IMG/VR virus record: IMGVR_UViG_3300024319_000502
Span: 2,042 to 66,041 of that record
From: a virus
Taxonomy: Duplodnaviria > Caudoviricetes
DNA: 64,000 bases
Strand: one strand, 5' to 3'
Shown here: one piece after another, positions 47,357 to 56,903 of the stretch
Layout: each line of letters begins with the position of its first letter
How positions within the stretch are numbered: the stretch's first letter is position 1
Notes under the pieces: model-generated
The model's input: the letters and a program-made list of their open reading frames with translations, nothing else
What the model was told of the DNA's origin: nothing
The model's database searches: none
Translations under genes and position numbers: made by a program

Positions 47357-47673
47357 TGGGAGAATTTTTAAGTGAATATTGGTTAGTAATAATACTTGGA
47401 TTTTTATTCCTGGTTGTAGCCTACAATAATCTTAAAAATTATGTTGGAGCAGTCGTGTTGCTTACTCCTTTAATTGCATTATTTTTCTATGCTGTACTTG
47501 ATTTTACTGTAGTGGGTTCATTGATTGCTGGACTTATTTGTTCAATATTCTGTAACAGTGCTAGTGGTAGTAGTTCTAGCAATATTAGACTAGAATCAAC
47601 TGATTGGTTTAGTTATAAAATTGGCAATATCAAAAAGAACTTTACTGATTATAAGTTTACTAAGAAAAAATAG
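47356..47673 (+). CDS. Small membrane protein
   Basis: Three hydrophobic segments. Confidence 0.65.
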   Translation: MGEFLSEYWLVIILGFLFLVVAYNNLKNYVGAVVLLTPLIALFFYAVLDFTVVGSLIAGLICSIFCNSASGSSSSNIRLESTDWFSYKIGNIKKNFTDYKFTKKK

Positions 47674-47674
47674 C

Positions 47675-47703
47675 TTGACCATAAATTCGTAATTCGCTAT
47701 AAT
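47675..47703 (+). promoter_or_regulatory. Strong sigma70-type (early) promoter, TTGACC class
   Basis: TTGACC-ataaattcgtaattcgc-TATAAT. Confidence 0.8.
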
Positions 47704-47727
47704 GTATTTAAGAATAAAGGAGCGGAC

Positions 47728-49032
47728 ATGGCAACTACTACAACATCAAACACAAAAGATTTAGAAGACAAGTTCAAAGACATACTAGGTCCTACAGATA
47801 AAGCTGTTGACAGAGAAGCAAGAGAACGTCTAATTACTGCTCGAGTAGGTCTACTACTTAAACAACCATTCTTTGGTAACCTAGCAACAAGACTAACACT
47901 TACTAATGCAGACGAATGGTGTCCTACAGCCGCAACAGACGGTCGTAAATTTTACTATAATTCACGCTTTATCATGATGTTAGAAGATGAAAACGAGTGT
48001 GAATTCTTGTTTGGTCATGAAGTTCTTCATGCTGTCTATGAGCATATTGGTAGACGTGTTGACAACGAACACGAAGCTCAACTTTCAAATATTGCCGCTG
48101 ACTATTGTGTTAATGGCGATCTAGTTCAACAAAAGGTAGGTCGTATGATTACTACTGTTCCTTGTTTACATGAAACAAAATACTATGGTTGGTCATATGA
48201 ACAAGTGTACAAAGATCTATATGATAATGCTGAAAAGATTGATATCAGCAGTCTAGTAGATCAAATGTTAGATGAACATTTAGACAACGAACAATCAACT
48301 AATGAATCAGAAGGTAATGGTCAAGGTTCAGATGAAAAAGAATCTAAAAGCAAACGTCCTACACTAAGTGAACAAGACCTTAAAGAAATTAAAGATGAGA
48401 TGAAAGAAGCTCTTGTTAATGCGGCCAAACAAACTAGTAATGCAGGACAGTTACCTAGTGGTGTTAAACGTATACTTTCAGATATCACAGAACCTAAAAT
48501 GAATTGGCGTGACCTACTTCGTCAACAGTTAGAGTCAACTATTAAAAGTGACTTTACGTTTGCTCGTCCTAGTCGTAGAGGTTGGCATATGGATGCTATA
48601 CTTCCGGGTATGAAAAACGATCAAATGATTGATATTGCACTTGCTATTGATAGTTCAGGTTCAATGGATGATAAAATGTTAACAGACATCAAGAGTGAAG
48701 TTAAAGGTATCACAGAAGAATTTTCAAACTTTAAAATACATATGTTTAGCTTTGATACAGCCGTACACAATCCAGAAGAATATACTAGTGATAACTTAGA
48801 TGACATCACAGAGTATGAAATACAAGGTGGTGGCGGTACTGATTTTGGTTGTATGTTTGATTACCTTAAGAAAGAAATGATTGAACCAAAAAGACTAGTA
48901 GTATTTACAGATGGTTATCCATGGGATACCTGGGGTGATCCTAACTACTGCGAAACTGTTTGGATCATACATTCAAACGATAATCCTACTCCGCCCTTTG
49001 GTACTTGGGCAAAATACGAAGAAGAACAATAA
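47728..49032 (+). CDS. Metallopeptidase-like plus VWA domain protein (DUF2201-type MoxR partner)
   Basis: TAATDG, HEVLH, DSSGS MIDAS, GGGGTDF, FTDGY. Confidence 0.88.
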   Translation: MATTTTSNTKDLEDKFKDILGPTDKAVDREARERLITARVGLLLKQPFFGNLATRLTLTNADEWCPTAATDGRKFYYNSRFIMMLEDENECEFLFGHEVLHAVYEHIGRRVDNEHEAQLSNIAADYCVNGDLVQQKVGRMITTVPCLHETKYYGWSYEQVYKDLYDNAEKIDISSLVDQMLDEHLDNEQSTNESEGNGQGSDEKESKSKRPTLSEQDLKEIKDEMKEALVNAAKQTSNAGQLPSGVKRILSDITEPKMNWRDLLRQQLESTIKSDFTFARPSRRGWHMDAILPGMKNDQMIDIALAIDSSGSMDDKMLTDIKSEVKGITEEFSNFKIHMFSFDTAVHNPEEYTSDNLDDITEYEIQGGGGTDFGCMFDYLKKEMIEPKRLVVFTDGYPWDTWGDPNYCETVWIIHSNDNPTPPFGTWAKYEEEQ

Positions 49033-49120
49033 TATTTTGGTAAAAAATTTACCACCTGATGTTGCGACCTGTTAAATATCAGTGTAATATTACATACTTA
49101 TAAGTTAAAGGAAGAAACAA

Positions 49121-49432
49121 ATGGCTGACAAGAAGAAAAAAGTTGAAGAAGCTAAAGTAGATGAAGCTTCAACAGTTGATAAATCGACACAGGCAGTAAT
49201 CGATGAAGGTAATAAACAACTAGAACAACTAACAGTTAATGACTTAATTGTTATTAAAAACGTGTTTGATGCTTGCTCACAACGAGGTGCTTTTAAAGCA
49301 GAAGAGTTTCAAACAGTAGGTGCAGTATATACAAAGTTATCAAACTTTTTGACTACTATTATGCCACCACAACAACCTGAAGGGGAGTCTGCAGAAGAGC
49401 CTAAAGGTGAAGAATCAAAAGGAGAATCATAA
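49121..49432 (+). CDS. Hypothetical protein
   Basis: ORF with AAGGA SD. Confidence 0.7.
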   Translation: MADKKKKVEEAKVDEASTVDKSTQAVIDEGNKQLEQLTVNDLIVIKNVFDACSQRGAFKAEEFQTVGAVYTKLSNFLTTIMPPQQPEGESAEEPKGEESKGES

Positions 49433-49434
49433 TT

Positions 49435-50097
49435 ATGATGAAACATATAGGTAAGCACAACAACAAAAAAGTTGTAGTCGTGTTTAGAAAAATACCTGGA
49501 GATGATCACTTAGCTCTAGTAGTGTACGGTGATAATATTCCAAGTCAAATACATGATGATATCATGAAAGTAGTAGAAGGACCAGTTGGACAGCAAGAGC
49601 ATGAATTTGCTAGTGCTTTACATCGTTCGGTATTAACTGATGGTAGAAATGCTCTTTCAGCATTGCACTCAGAAGGATATTTGAAAAAGGTTCCTACTAA
49701 CCAAGTTATCATGACACCAAACTCAACATCATCAGTACGTTTAGATGAACTGAATAATATTGTTGATAAACTTAATACTGGTGAAGAAGCTAAAGCAGAA
49801 CTAGCGGCCAATGACGCGGCAAGAGGTATTGTTGACCCTACAGCTAGTCAGAAAGCAAGAGCTAAAGCACAAGCACCAGCAGACGGTGCATTGCAAGATG
49901 ACGATATTGCTAACAACATGCTTGCTCAAGCTGAGCAAATGGAAACTGAAGCTAAATCATTAATGGCAGAAGCTAAACGCATGGTTAAAGAAGCAAAGGA
50001 TATGCTACCAAAGCCTAAGAAAAGTAACAGCAGTAAGAAAGCAGTACAGGCAAAGGTTAGTACAGCCAAAAAAAGAGCAACGAAAGCGACGGCCTAA
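49435..50097 (+). CDS. Hypothetical protein with basic tail
   Basis: AGGAG SD; coiled-coil and Lys/Ala-rich C-terminus. Confidence 0.7.
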   Translation: MMKHIGKHNNKKVVVVFRKIPGDDHLALVVYGDNIPSQIHDDIMKVVEGPVGQQEHEFASALHRSVLTDGRNALSALHSEGYLKKVPTNQVIMTPNSTSSVRLDELNNIVDKLNTGEEAKAELAANDAARGIVDPTASQKARAKAQAPADGALQDDDIANNMLAQAEQMETEAKSLMAEAKRMVKEAKDMLPKPKKSNSSKKAVQAKVSTAKKRATKATA

Positions 50098-50100
50098 TAG

Positions 50101-50409
50101 ATGGCTACCGGACTCAGCCAAGAGTTTCTTGAAAAATGGGAAGACCTTGTTGAAGGGGTTGAAAAGAAAGATATTCCTATAGAGTGTATTAAAAGAGTGG
50201 TCATTCGATTAAAGAATGGCCGCAGACGTTATTTTAATATGTCAACTCTGAGAAAGCAAGGTCTTAACATTCATGAACTCGAATTTGCATTAAATGAAAA
50301 ACTGAAACGCTATGACGCAAACATTGACGGTATTGATTTCTTTGTTGATGTTGAGTCAGTTGCTGAACTAATCCAACCCGAAACAGACGAACTGCTTAGG
50401 AAGTTATAA
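50101..50409 (+). CDS. Hypothetical protein
   Basis: ORF coupled to DHFR. Confidence 0.7.
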   Translation: MATGLSQEFLEKWEDLVEGVEKKDIPIECIKRVVIRLKNGRRRYFNMSTLRKQGLNIHELEFALNEKLKRYDANIDGIDFFVDVESVAELIQPETDELLRKL

Positions 50410-50864
50410 TGAAAGCCATACTGGCCTGTGATCCAAAAGGCGGTATTGGTAAGGACAATAAACTACCGTGGGATCGTTTAGACGGTGACCTCAAACGTTT
50501 TAAACAATTAACTGACGGAGAAAGAATTGTCATGGGTAGGAATACCTGGGACAGTTTACCAGTTAAACCACTTCCTAATAGACATCATTGGGTAATGACA
50601 ACACACGGTGAAGATCTTAAAGGCTACAAACATGTTACACAACTATTAAATGATGTTTTCCTTACAGATGACGTTTGGTTAATAGGTGGTGCTACATTGT
50701 TCAAACAACAGTACAATAAAATCAACACACTACATCTATCAGTAACATATTCAGTCTACGATTGTGATACATACATTGACTTAGATAAAATTTATCAAGA
50801 CTTTGAACTACAATCAAGAACAGAACATTCTGATCACGCATATGAGATATTGACAAGAAAATGA
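50409..50864 (+). CDS. folA: Dihydrofolate reductase
   Basis: IGKDNKLPW, DLKRFK, VMGRNTWDS, PLPNR, LIGG, CDTY. Confidence 0.95.
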   Translation: MKAILACDPKGGIGKDNKLPWDRLDGDLKRFKQLTDGERIVMGRNTWDSLPVKPLPNRHHWVMTTHGEDLKGYKHVTQLLNDVFLTDDVWLIGGATLFKQQYNKINTLHLSVTYSVYDCDTYIDLDKIYQDFELQSRTEHSDHAYEILTRK

Positions 50865-51682
50865 AACAATACTTAGAGAGCTTACAGCATATACTAGATA
50901 ACGGTAAAATCAAAGATGATCGTACCGGAGTAGGCACACAGTCAGTGTTCGGGCATCAGATGCGTTTTGATTTATCTAAAGGTTTTCCTGCTGTTACTAC
51001 AAAAAAACTTGCGTTCAAGGCTTGCTTGAGTGAACTATTATGGTTTATAGAAGGTTCAACAGACGAACGTCGACTAGCAGAAATACTGCACGGCACTAGA
51101 GATAGTGAAAAGAAAACTATATGGACTGCTAATGCTCAAGCACACGGCAGTAATGACCTAGGTCCAGTATATGGTAAGCAATGGAGAGAGTGGGAAACTG
51201 ATCGCTTAGTTATAGACCAACTACAAGATCTAATAGACACAATTAAAACTGATCCTACCAGTCGTAGACTTATACTCACAGCATGGAATCCAGGGCAAGT
51301 AGAAGATATGGCTTTACCACCTTGTCATTGTTTTGTACAATTCTTTGTACAAGATAATAAGCTGAGCTGTCAACTGTATCAACGTTCATGTGATATGTTT
51401 TTGGGTGTACCATTCAACATTGCTAGTTACTCAATACTAACACACATGATAGCACAGGTATGTGGACTAGGTGTAGGAGAGTTTGTATGGACAGGAGGAG
51501 ACTGTCATATCTATCTAAATCATATAGAACAGGTTAAAGAACAACTTACTAGACAACCAAAAGAACTGCCAACATTATGGCTAAATCCAGACATAAAAAG
51601 CATTGACAAGTTCACCATGAGTGATGTTATAATACAGGATTACAATCCAATGGATTCAATTAAAGCGGAGATGGCAGTATGA
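50861..51682 (+). CDS. thyA: Thymidylate synthase
   Basis: DRTGVGT, ELLWF, GPVYGKQWR, MALPPCH, YQRSCDMFLGVPFN, HIYLNH. Confidence 0.97.
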   Translation: MKQYLESLQHILDNGKIKDDRTGVGTQSVFGHQMRFDLSKGFPAVTTKKLAFKACLSELLWFIEGSTDERRLAEILHGTRDSEKKTIWTANAQAHGSNDLGPVYGKQWREWETDRLVIDQLQDLIDTIKTDPTSRRLILTAWNPGQVEDMALPPCHCFVQFFVQDNKLSCQLYQRSCDMFLGVPFNIASYSILTHMIAQVCGLGVGEFVWTGGDCHIYLNHIEQVKEQLTRQPKELPTLWLNPDIKSIDKFTMSDVIIQDYNPMDSIKAEMAV

Positions 51683-51960
51683 CAACACTAGAAAAACATA
51701 GAGTAAGATTATTAGTACATGACGAAAAGACAAGCTTAGATAAAGATGAACTATTTTGGAAAGTAGCGGATATGCTACAACCTAAAGAAGAGTTTAAATG
51801 GGCTCAATCAAATAACATTGAATTACATTACGAAGTGCATGACGATACCAAATGGCATGGTATAGGAAGTCAGGTACTAGTCTACGCTGATCTAAACAGT
51901 AGTCAGTATTCAGATTATATACTAAACTTTTACGAGTTTGAAAGTGAAGACTGGAAATAA
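51679..51960 (+). CDS. Hypothetical protein
   Basis: ATGA-coupled ORF. Confidence 0.6.
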   Translation: MTTLEKHRVRLLVHDEKTSLDKDELFWKVADMLQPKEEFKWAQSNNIELHYEVHDDTKWHGIGSQVLVYADLNSSQYSDYILNFYEFESEDWK

Positions 51961-51962
51961 AT

Positions 51963-52916
51963 TTGAACATACTAGTTAGTGGTGGATTAGGTTTCATAGG
52001 ACACGAAGTTGTCCGTTTGCTAGGTGATCATAATGTTATAGTCATTGACAGCATGACTAACTATGACTTTATTCCTCTAGATCAAATGATGAAACTGTTT
52101 CAACTACGTCAAGGTGACTTACGTAATCAGGTTCCTAACAAGCGTGTTGATATAAGAGACAAGGCACAGGTCGACTCTGTGTTTGAAAACTTTAAGCCAG
52201 ACGTAGTCATACACCTAGCTAGTTACCCAAGACAGAAAGTAGTGTTAGAAAATCCTGGGGTAGCTTCAGAAGTTATGTCAACAGGACTAATCAACTTATT
52301 AGAAGCTAGTAAGAAAACAGTTTCAAAATTTGTTTATGTATCGAGCTCAATGGTATATGGAGACTTCGACGATCATGTTGAAGAAACACAACCATGTGAT
52401 CCTCGTGGGCAGTATGCTATAATGAAGTATATGGGAGAGAAGTTAGTTGAAGATTACAGTAAACACTTTGACTATACTATCATACGTCCAAGTGCAGTAT
52501 ATGGTCCTAGAGATGTTGAAGATAGAGTATTAAGTAAATTTGTGTTAGGTGCTCTTAACAATGATACACTAAAAGTAAGAGGCGTTGATGAGATACTAGA
52601 CTTTACATATGTCACTGACACAGCACAAGGTATTGCACTTGCATCAACTAAAGACTGCAAGTATGCGATATACAACATTACTAGATGTGAGGACACACCT
52701 GTTACCTTAGCCCAGGCGGCTACTACTGTAGTAAAACTTACCGGACAAGGTAGTTGGTTAGAATATGCAAAGGATCCAAACTTTCCAAGTAGAGGTAGAC
52801 TAAGTATTGATAGAGCTAGATCAGATCTAGGATATAATCCCCAAGTAGATTTTGAACAAGGCTGTCAACAATATATTAATTGGATGAAGGCCAATGATTC
52901 CATTTATAAATCTTAA
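51963..52916 (+). CDS. NDP-sugar epimerase/dehydratase
   Basis: GGLGFIG, HLAS, SSSMVYG, YAIMK, VYGP, DFTYV. Confidence 0.92.
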   Translation: MNILVSGGLGFIGHEVVRLLGDHNVIVIDSMTNYDFIPLDQMMKLFQLRQGDLRNQVPNKRVDIRDKAQVDSVFENFKPDVVIHLASYPRQKVVLENPGVASEVMSTGLINLLEASKKTVSKFVYVSSSMVYGDFDDHVEETQPCDPRGQYAIMKYMGEKLVEDYSKHFDYTIIRPSAVYGPRDVEDRVLSKFVLGALNNDTLKVRGVDEILDFTYVTDTAQGIALASTKDCKYAIYNITRCEDTPVTLAQAATTVVKLTGQGSWLEYAKDPNFPSRGRLSIDRARSDLGYNPQVDFEQGCQQYINWMKANDSIYKS

Positions 52917-54015
52917 ACTACAATACAACAACATTCGTAAAGAAATACTAGATGCTACCGACGAAGTACTGTCTAGTGGTGTTCTCATGAATGGACCCAA
53001 TACAGAGTTACTAGAGTTTCAACTGGCTAGACGTATGGAAGTTCCTCATGTTGTTTGTGTGGGATCAGGTACAGAAGCATTAGAAATAATAGCTAGATTC
53101 CACAAAGAAAGTTTTTACGGTGTCACTAAAACAAAGCCACGTGTAATTGTTCCTGCATTAACTTATCCTGCTACTATTAATGCTTTCATTAGTACTGGGT
53201 GGGACGTTATTATAGGAGAAGTCAACGCTGAAACAGGAATATTAGATTTAGAAAAAATAACAATAGACGACTTTGATGCTGTTTGTATAGTTGGATTATA
53301 CGGGCAACCTGTGTTTGCTGATTGGTACCTGCGTAGGAAAGAAGGACACAATAAACTAGATGGAAAAATAATTATTGAAGATGCCGCTCAACATTGGCTT
53401 GCCAGTGACTATAGTGGTGCTCCTATAATGAAAGCTATATCATTTGACCCTACTAAGAACTTACCTAACTATGGTAGTGGTGGTGCTATTGCATGTTGGG
53501 ACGAGTATGCAATGAATTGGTTTAGGATGTATAGAGACAACGGTAAGCCACATAAAAATAGTTACGGTACTAACTCACGCATCTCAGAAGTAGATGCCGC
53601 ACAGATGTTAGTTAAATTAAAATATCTAGATGGTTGGCAAGAACGTAGATTAGCTATTGCTGAATACTATTGTGAACGTTTTGAACAAGAAGCACCGCAT
53701 GTCAGAGTGCTTATGAGTAAGATGATAAACAAAGCAATGCACGGATTACAGAAGTTTGTTATTGAAATAGATCATAGAGACCGTGTTAAAGATTTATTAC
53801 TGACAGATGGTATTGAATGTAAAGTACACTATGAACAACCGTTACATGAAATGGAACCTTATGGTAACTTTCCAGGTCCAAATATTATTAGTGCGGCCAG
53901 TGCGTTAGCAAGACGTGTGTTAAGTTTACCTTTCTATCCTGAACTAACTGACAAAGAAATAAAACTAATTGCCGATCGTGTTATTCATCATGTAGAGAGT
54001 GATACCTCTCAGTAA
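52894..54015 (+). CDS. DegT/DnrJ/EryC1 sugar aminotransferase
   Basis: SGTEAL, EDAAQ, SFDPTKNL, GTNSR, LSLP. Confidence 0.92.
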   Translation: MIPFINLKLQYNNIRKEILDATDEVLSSGVLMNGPNTELLEFQLARRMEVPHVVCVGSGTEALEIIARFHKESFYGVTKTKPRVIVPALTYPATINAFISTGWDVIIGEVNAETGILDLEKITIDDFDAVCIVGLYGQPVFADWYLRRKEGHNKLDGKIIIEDAAQHWLASDYSGAPIMKAISFDPTKNLPNYGSGGAIACWDEYAMNWFRMYRDNGKPHKNSYGTNSRISEVDAAQMLVKLKYLDGWQERRLAIAEYYCERFEQEAPHVRVLMSKMINKAMHGLQKFVIEIDHRDRVKDLLLTDGIECKVHYEQPLHEMEPYGNFPGPNIISAASALARRVLSLPFYPELTDKEIKLIADRVIHHVESDTSQ

Positions 54016-55777
54016 GCCACTGCCAATCGTAACTAAGTTTTAGTAGATCAAAGTCACCGTTGACTTCTTCGTAGTAATCAACAGCATCCTTAGAACCCAT
54101 CATTGACCATTTACCTTTAGTACCTTGACCTTTATTCAACCAAGCACGTAATCTATATTCAGTTTCTACATCACTGTCTTGAGATAGACTGTGTTTAAGT
54201 TTTACAACTTCACGGAATGCTGAACGCCACGCCATGAATTCATCATCAGCATAGTTAGCTTGACCTGATAATATAGGAACTACTTCGTGTTGTTGATCAA
54301 GTGTAAAGTCTAATCCAGGTGCAGTGTTTTCTAACACTAGTTTTTTGTTGTATGCTATCATGGCCATGTGTCCGTACTCTAATCCATTTATAGGATTACG
54401 TGCATGAAATATATAATGTTTTGGTTGCTGTAGACAGTCTGGTTGCCATGCCCAATCAAAGTTGTCATCAACTTTTAACTTGGCAAACACAGCAAAAAAC
54501 CACGGGGTACTACTGACCTTAGCCGCGGCCTGATAAGCGGCTACACGACCCTTAACGTTGCTTACACGGTGTATTGTGTTAGTGTTTACTGTGTTAGTTA
54601 AGTGTTGAAAGTTTTCTTCTCTATTAACTTCACCGTTATCAATGAACACTATGTCCAATGGTTTGTCCCGAACAGTCTGATGTGTTTTATCTATAAATTC
54701 ATAATCCCATAACTGTTCTTTAACTTCTACTATAGCCTGTCTTGGTACTATAACTGTTGTACCTCTCGTAGTTAACGGTGTAACTGTTTTAGTTTTTGCT
54801 CTCCATAATGGCACTGCTGGAAGACTACCTTGATAATCATCATTCTGAAAAACTATCAATGGATCTACTAACTTACATTGTTTAACTTGTTCAACATGAC
54901 TGTCCTCTGTGTGTCTAATCCAAGGTATAGGTAATCTAGGAACTGATATGTTAAGAAAGTTTAAATCATACCAATCTAATAATTCAACACTGTCTATACG
55001 TTGTTTAAAACTTGGTACGTGCATAAAGAATGTGTCTCCAAACTTCTCTCCGTCTGATTGAAAAACATGTAACATTCCTTGTTGCCAAGTTTCAGGATGC
55101 CAAGTAAAATCAAAGTCTGTATAGTCACATAAGCTACTTAGGATCCAAACAAACTCTACGTCATCTGGCAATGAATTAGATACTCTTTTTAAAGTGTCTA
55201 AGTAATTGTCAAAATATCTACTCTTTTTAATAACATCTATGTCAGGTGTTACTGTGTTTTCATTGTTATGATTAATTATAACAGCTTGATCCGCAACTTT
55301 GGTACCTCGAGCATGTACCTGTGTTACATATTTTACATCTCGTGCATCTGGAACATGATAAACTGGGCCTCCAGTCTTTTGATGCTGTGTGCCAAACTGA
55401 TATTGATACGGAGGATCTGTTGGATCAGGATGCCAACTAGTGTCAAAGTCGTTAACAGTGTCAGGTATTTCCCAACTGTCTAGGGTTGGTAATCTTGTTA
55501 TTGTTGTATCATTATGATAGTTAGTTTCTTGATAATCTTGTTTAGGAACTAGATACGTCCCGCTATCTTTTTGCCACTGACTAGGCCAAGCATGTCGCTG
55601 ATGTTTTTCCCAAGGTGCAGGTTCCCAAAAGAAGTCCCACCCTGTGTAATCACTATAAGTATTTACAATCCAGCAGTAACGAGTACGTGACTGTTGCTGT
55701 GCATGTTCAATGGAACTTGCCTCTTTTTCAAAAGGAACAACGTTTGGTTTTTTACCTATATAAAATATATCAAACAT
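53981..55777 (-). CDS. Multi-domain glycosyltransferase-like protein
   Basis: Repeated modules (FDxxWxP three times); C-terminal DIVFI...GRVAAYQAAA...AWRSAFREVVKL; start MFDIFYIG. Confidence 0.5.
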   Translation of the reverse strand: MFDIFYIGKKPNVVPFEKEASSIEHAQQQSRTRYCWIVNTYSDYTGWDFFWEPAPWEKHQRHAWPSQWQKDSGTYLVPKQDYQETNYHNDTTITRLPTLDSWEIPDTVNDFDTSWHPDPTDPPYQYQFGTQHQKTGGPVYHVPDARDVKYVTQVHARGTKVADQAVIINHNNENTVTPDIDVIKKSRYFDNYLDTLKRVSNSLPDDVEFVWILSSLCDYTDFDFTWHPETWQQGMLHVFQSDGEKFGDTFFMHVPSFKQRIDSVELLDWYDLNFLNISVPRLPIPWIRHTEDSHVEQVKQCKLVDPLIVFQNDDYQGSLPAVPLWRAKTKTVTPLTTRGTTVIVPRQAIVEVKEQLWDYEFIDKTHQTVRDKPLDIVFIDNGEVNREENFQHLTNTVNTNTIHRVSNVKGRVAAYQAAAKVSSTPWFFAVFAKLKVDDNFDWAWQPDCLQQPKHYIFHARNPINGLEYGHMAMIAYNKKLVLENTAPGLDFTLDQQHEVVPILSGQANYADDEFMAWRSAFREVVKLKHSLSQDSDVETEYRLRAWLNKGQGTKGKWSMMGSKDAVDYYEEVNGDFDLLKLSYDWQWLTERYHSLHDE

Positions 55778-55784
55778 ATTAACT

Positions 55785-56903
55785 ATGATTAGAATTGATG
55801 AAATATATGATAACACATTTTGGCCGTATATTGCAAAGAATATACCCGATACAGCAATGTTTTATCATGACCCATTTGGCTGTAGTGATCCAGACAGTGT
55901 CTACGTTACTCCTAAGTCAAACGCTGAACGACTACAAAATTATATATACCTTTTTGACCAGGAGCCTGTAACTTTTGAAAGGCAAAAGCCAACTTGGGAC
56001 AGTGTAAGAGAAAGAAGTAATTTTGATACTATAAACGAGCAACGTTGTGTATTAATAACCAGTGAAAAGAATAGTGAAGAAGTAGAACGAGTTACAGACT
56101 ATCTTATTGGCAAAAGCTTCTATTATTTCTTTCATGGATGGGCGGCATTAGATTGGTATCGAGGTTATGACCGTACATTTCTTATTACTCCCCCTCGAGA
56201 TAGAACAATAACAAAGACATTTATATCACCTAATCGTATAGTAGGTGGCGAACGCTTACATCGTGTTGCTATGCTATACCATTTTGAGAAACTTGGTTTG
56301 TTTGATAATCATATATCTGCTCCACTAATATGTCCAGTTGAAAATGAACACATAGCTAAAATATCTAGACAATTAAGAAATCAATATCCTGACATAGAAC
56401 AAACATTTACTAATTCAACTAACTTTCCTAAACTGTTTAAAGGGGAACAAACTCAGCAGATGCACAGTTGTTGGCTTAGTCTGTTTGATGAAAGTGCAGA
56501 AAGTTTGTTATACCATGTTTCGGAAACTGTTTGCTTTGGTAGGAAAAATCATCTGACTGAAAAAACATTTAAACCAATAGCAATGGGTATGCCTTTTGTA
56601 ATTACAGGTACTCAGGGCTCGCTGGCATACTTGCGTGAATATGGATTTAAAACATTCGGTGACATATGGGACGAAAGTTATGATCTTGAACAAGATGACT
56701 TTAAGCGTTTAGAAAAGATAGCGATGCTGTTAAAAGAACTTGACAGTAAAACTGAAAGCGAAAAACAAAAAATATTTGAGCAGTGCATACCTATAATAGA
56801 ACATAACTGGAATCATTTTTATCGCGGTGAGTTTGCTGACGTACTATGGAAAGAGCTTATGTCAATGATGGAGGATATTCGTGATCACCTTAGCGATAGA
56901 TAA
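55785..56903 (+). CDS. Putative glycosyltransferase-like protein (EKxxKP family)
   Basis: TEKTFKPIAMGMPF...GFKTFGDIWDESYD. Confidence 0.55.
   Translation: MIRIDEIYDNTFWPYIAKNIPDTAMFYHDPFGCSDPDSVYVTPKSNAERLQNYIYLFDQEPVTFERQKPTWDSVRERSNFDTINEQRCVLITSEKNSEEVERVTDYLIGKSFYYFFHGWAALDWYRGYDRTFLITPPRDRTITKTFISPNRIVGGERLHRVAMLYHFEKLGLFDNHISAPLICPVENEHIAKISRQLRNQYPDIEQTFTNSTNFPKLFKGEQTQQMHSCWLSLFDESAESLLYHVSETVCFGRKNHLTEKTFKPIAMGMPFVITGTQGSLAYLREYGFKTFGDIWDESYDLEQDDFKRLEKIAMLLKELDSKTESEKQKIFEQCIPIIEHNWNHFYRGEFADVLWKELMSMMEDIRDHLSDR

Noticed and set aside
50861-51682. dCMP/dUMP hydroxymethylase
   Set aside because: Retains ThyA-specific PFN Asn and sits next to DHFR; ordinary thymidylate synthase.
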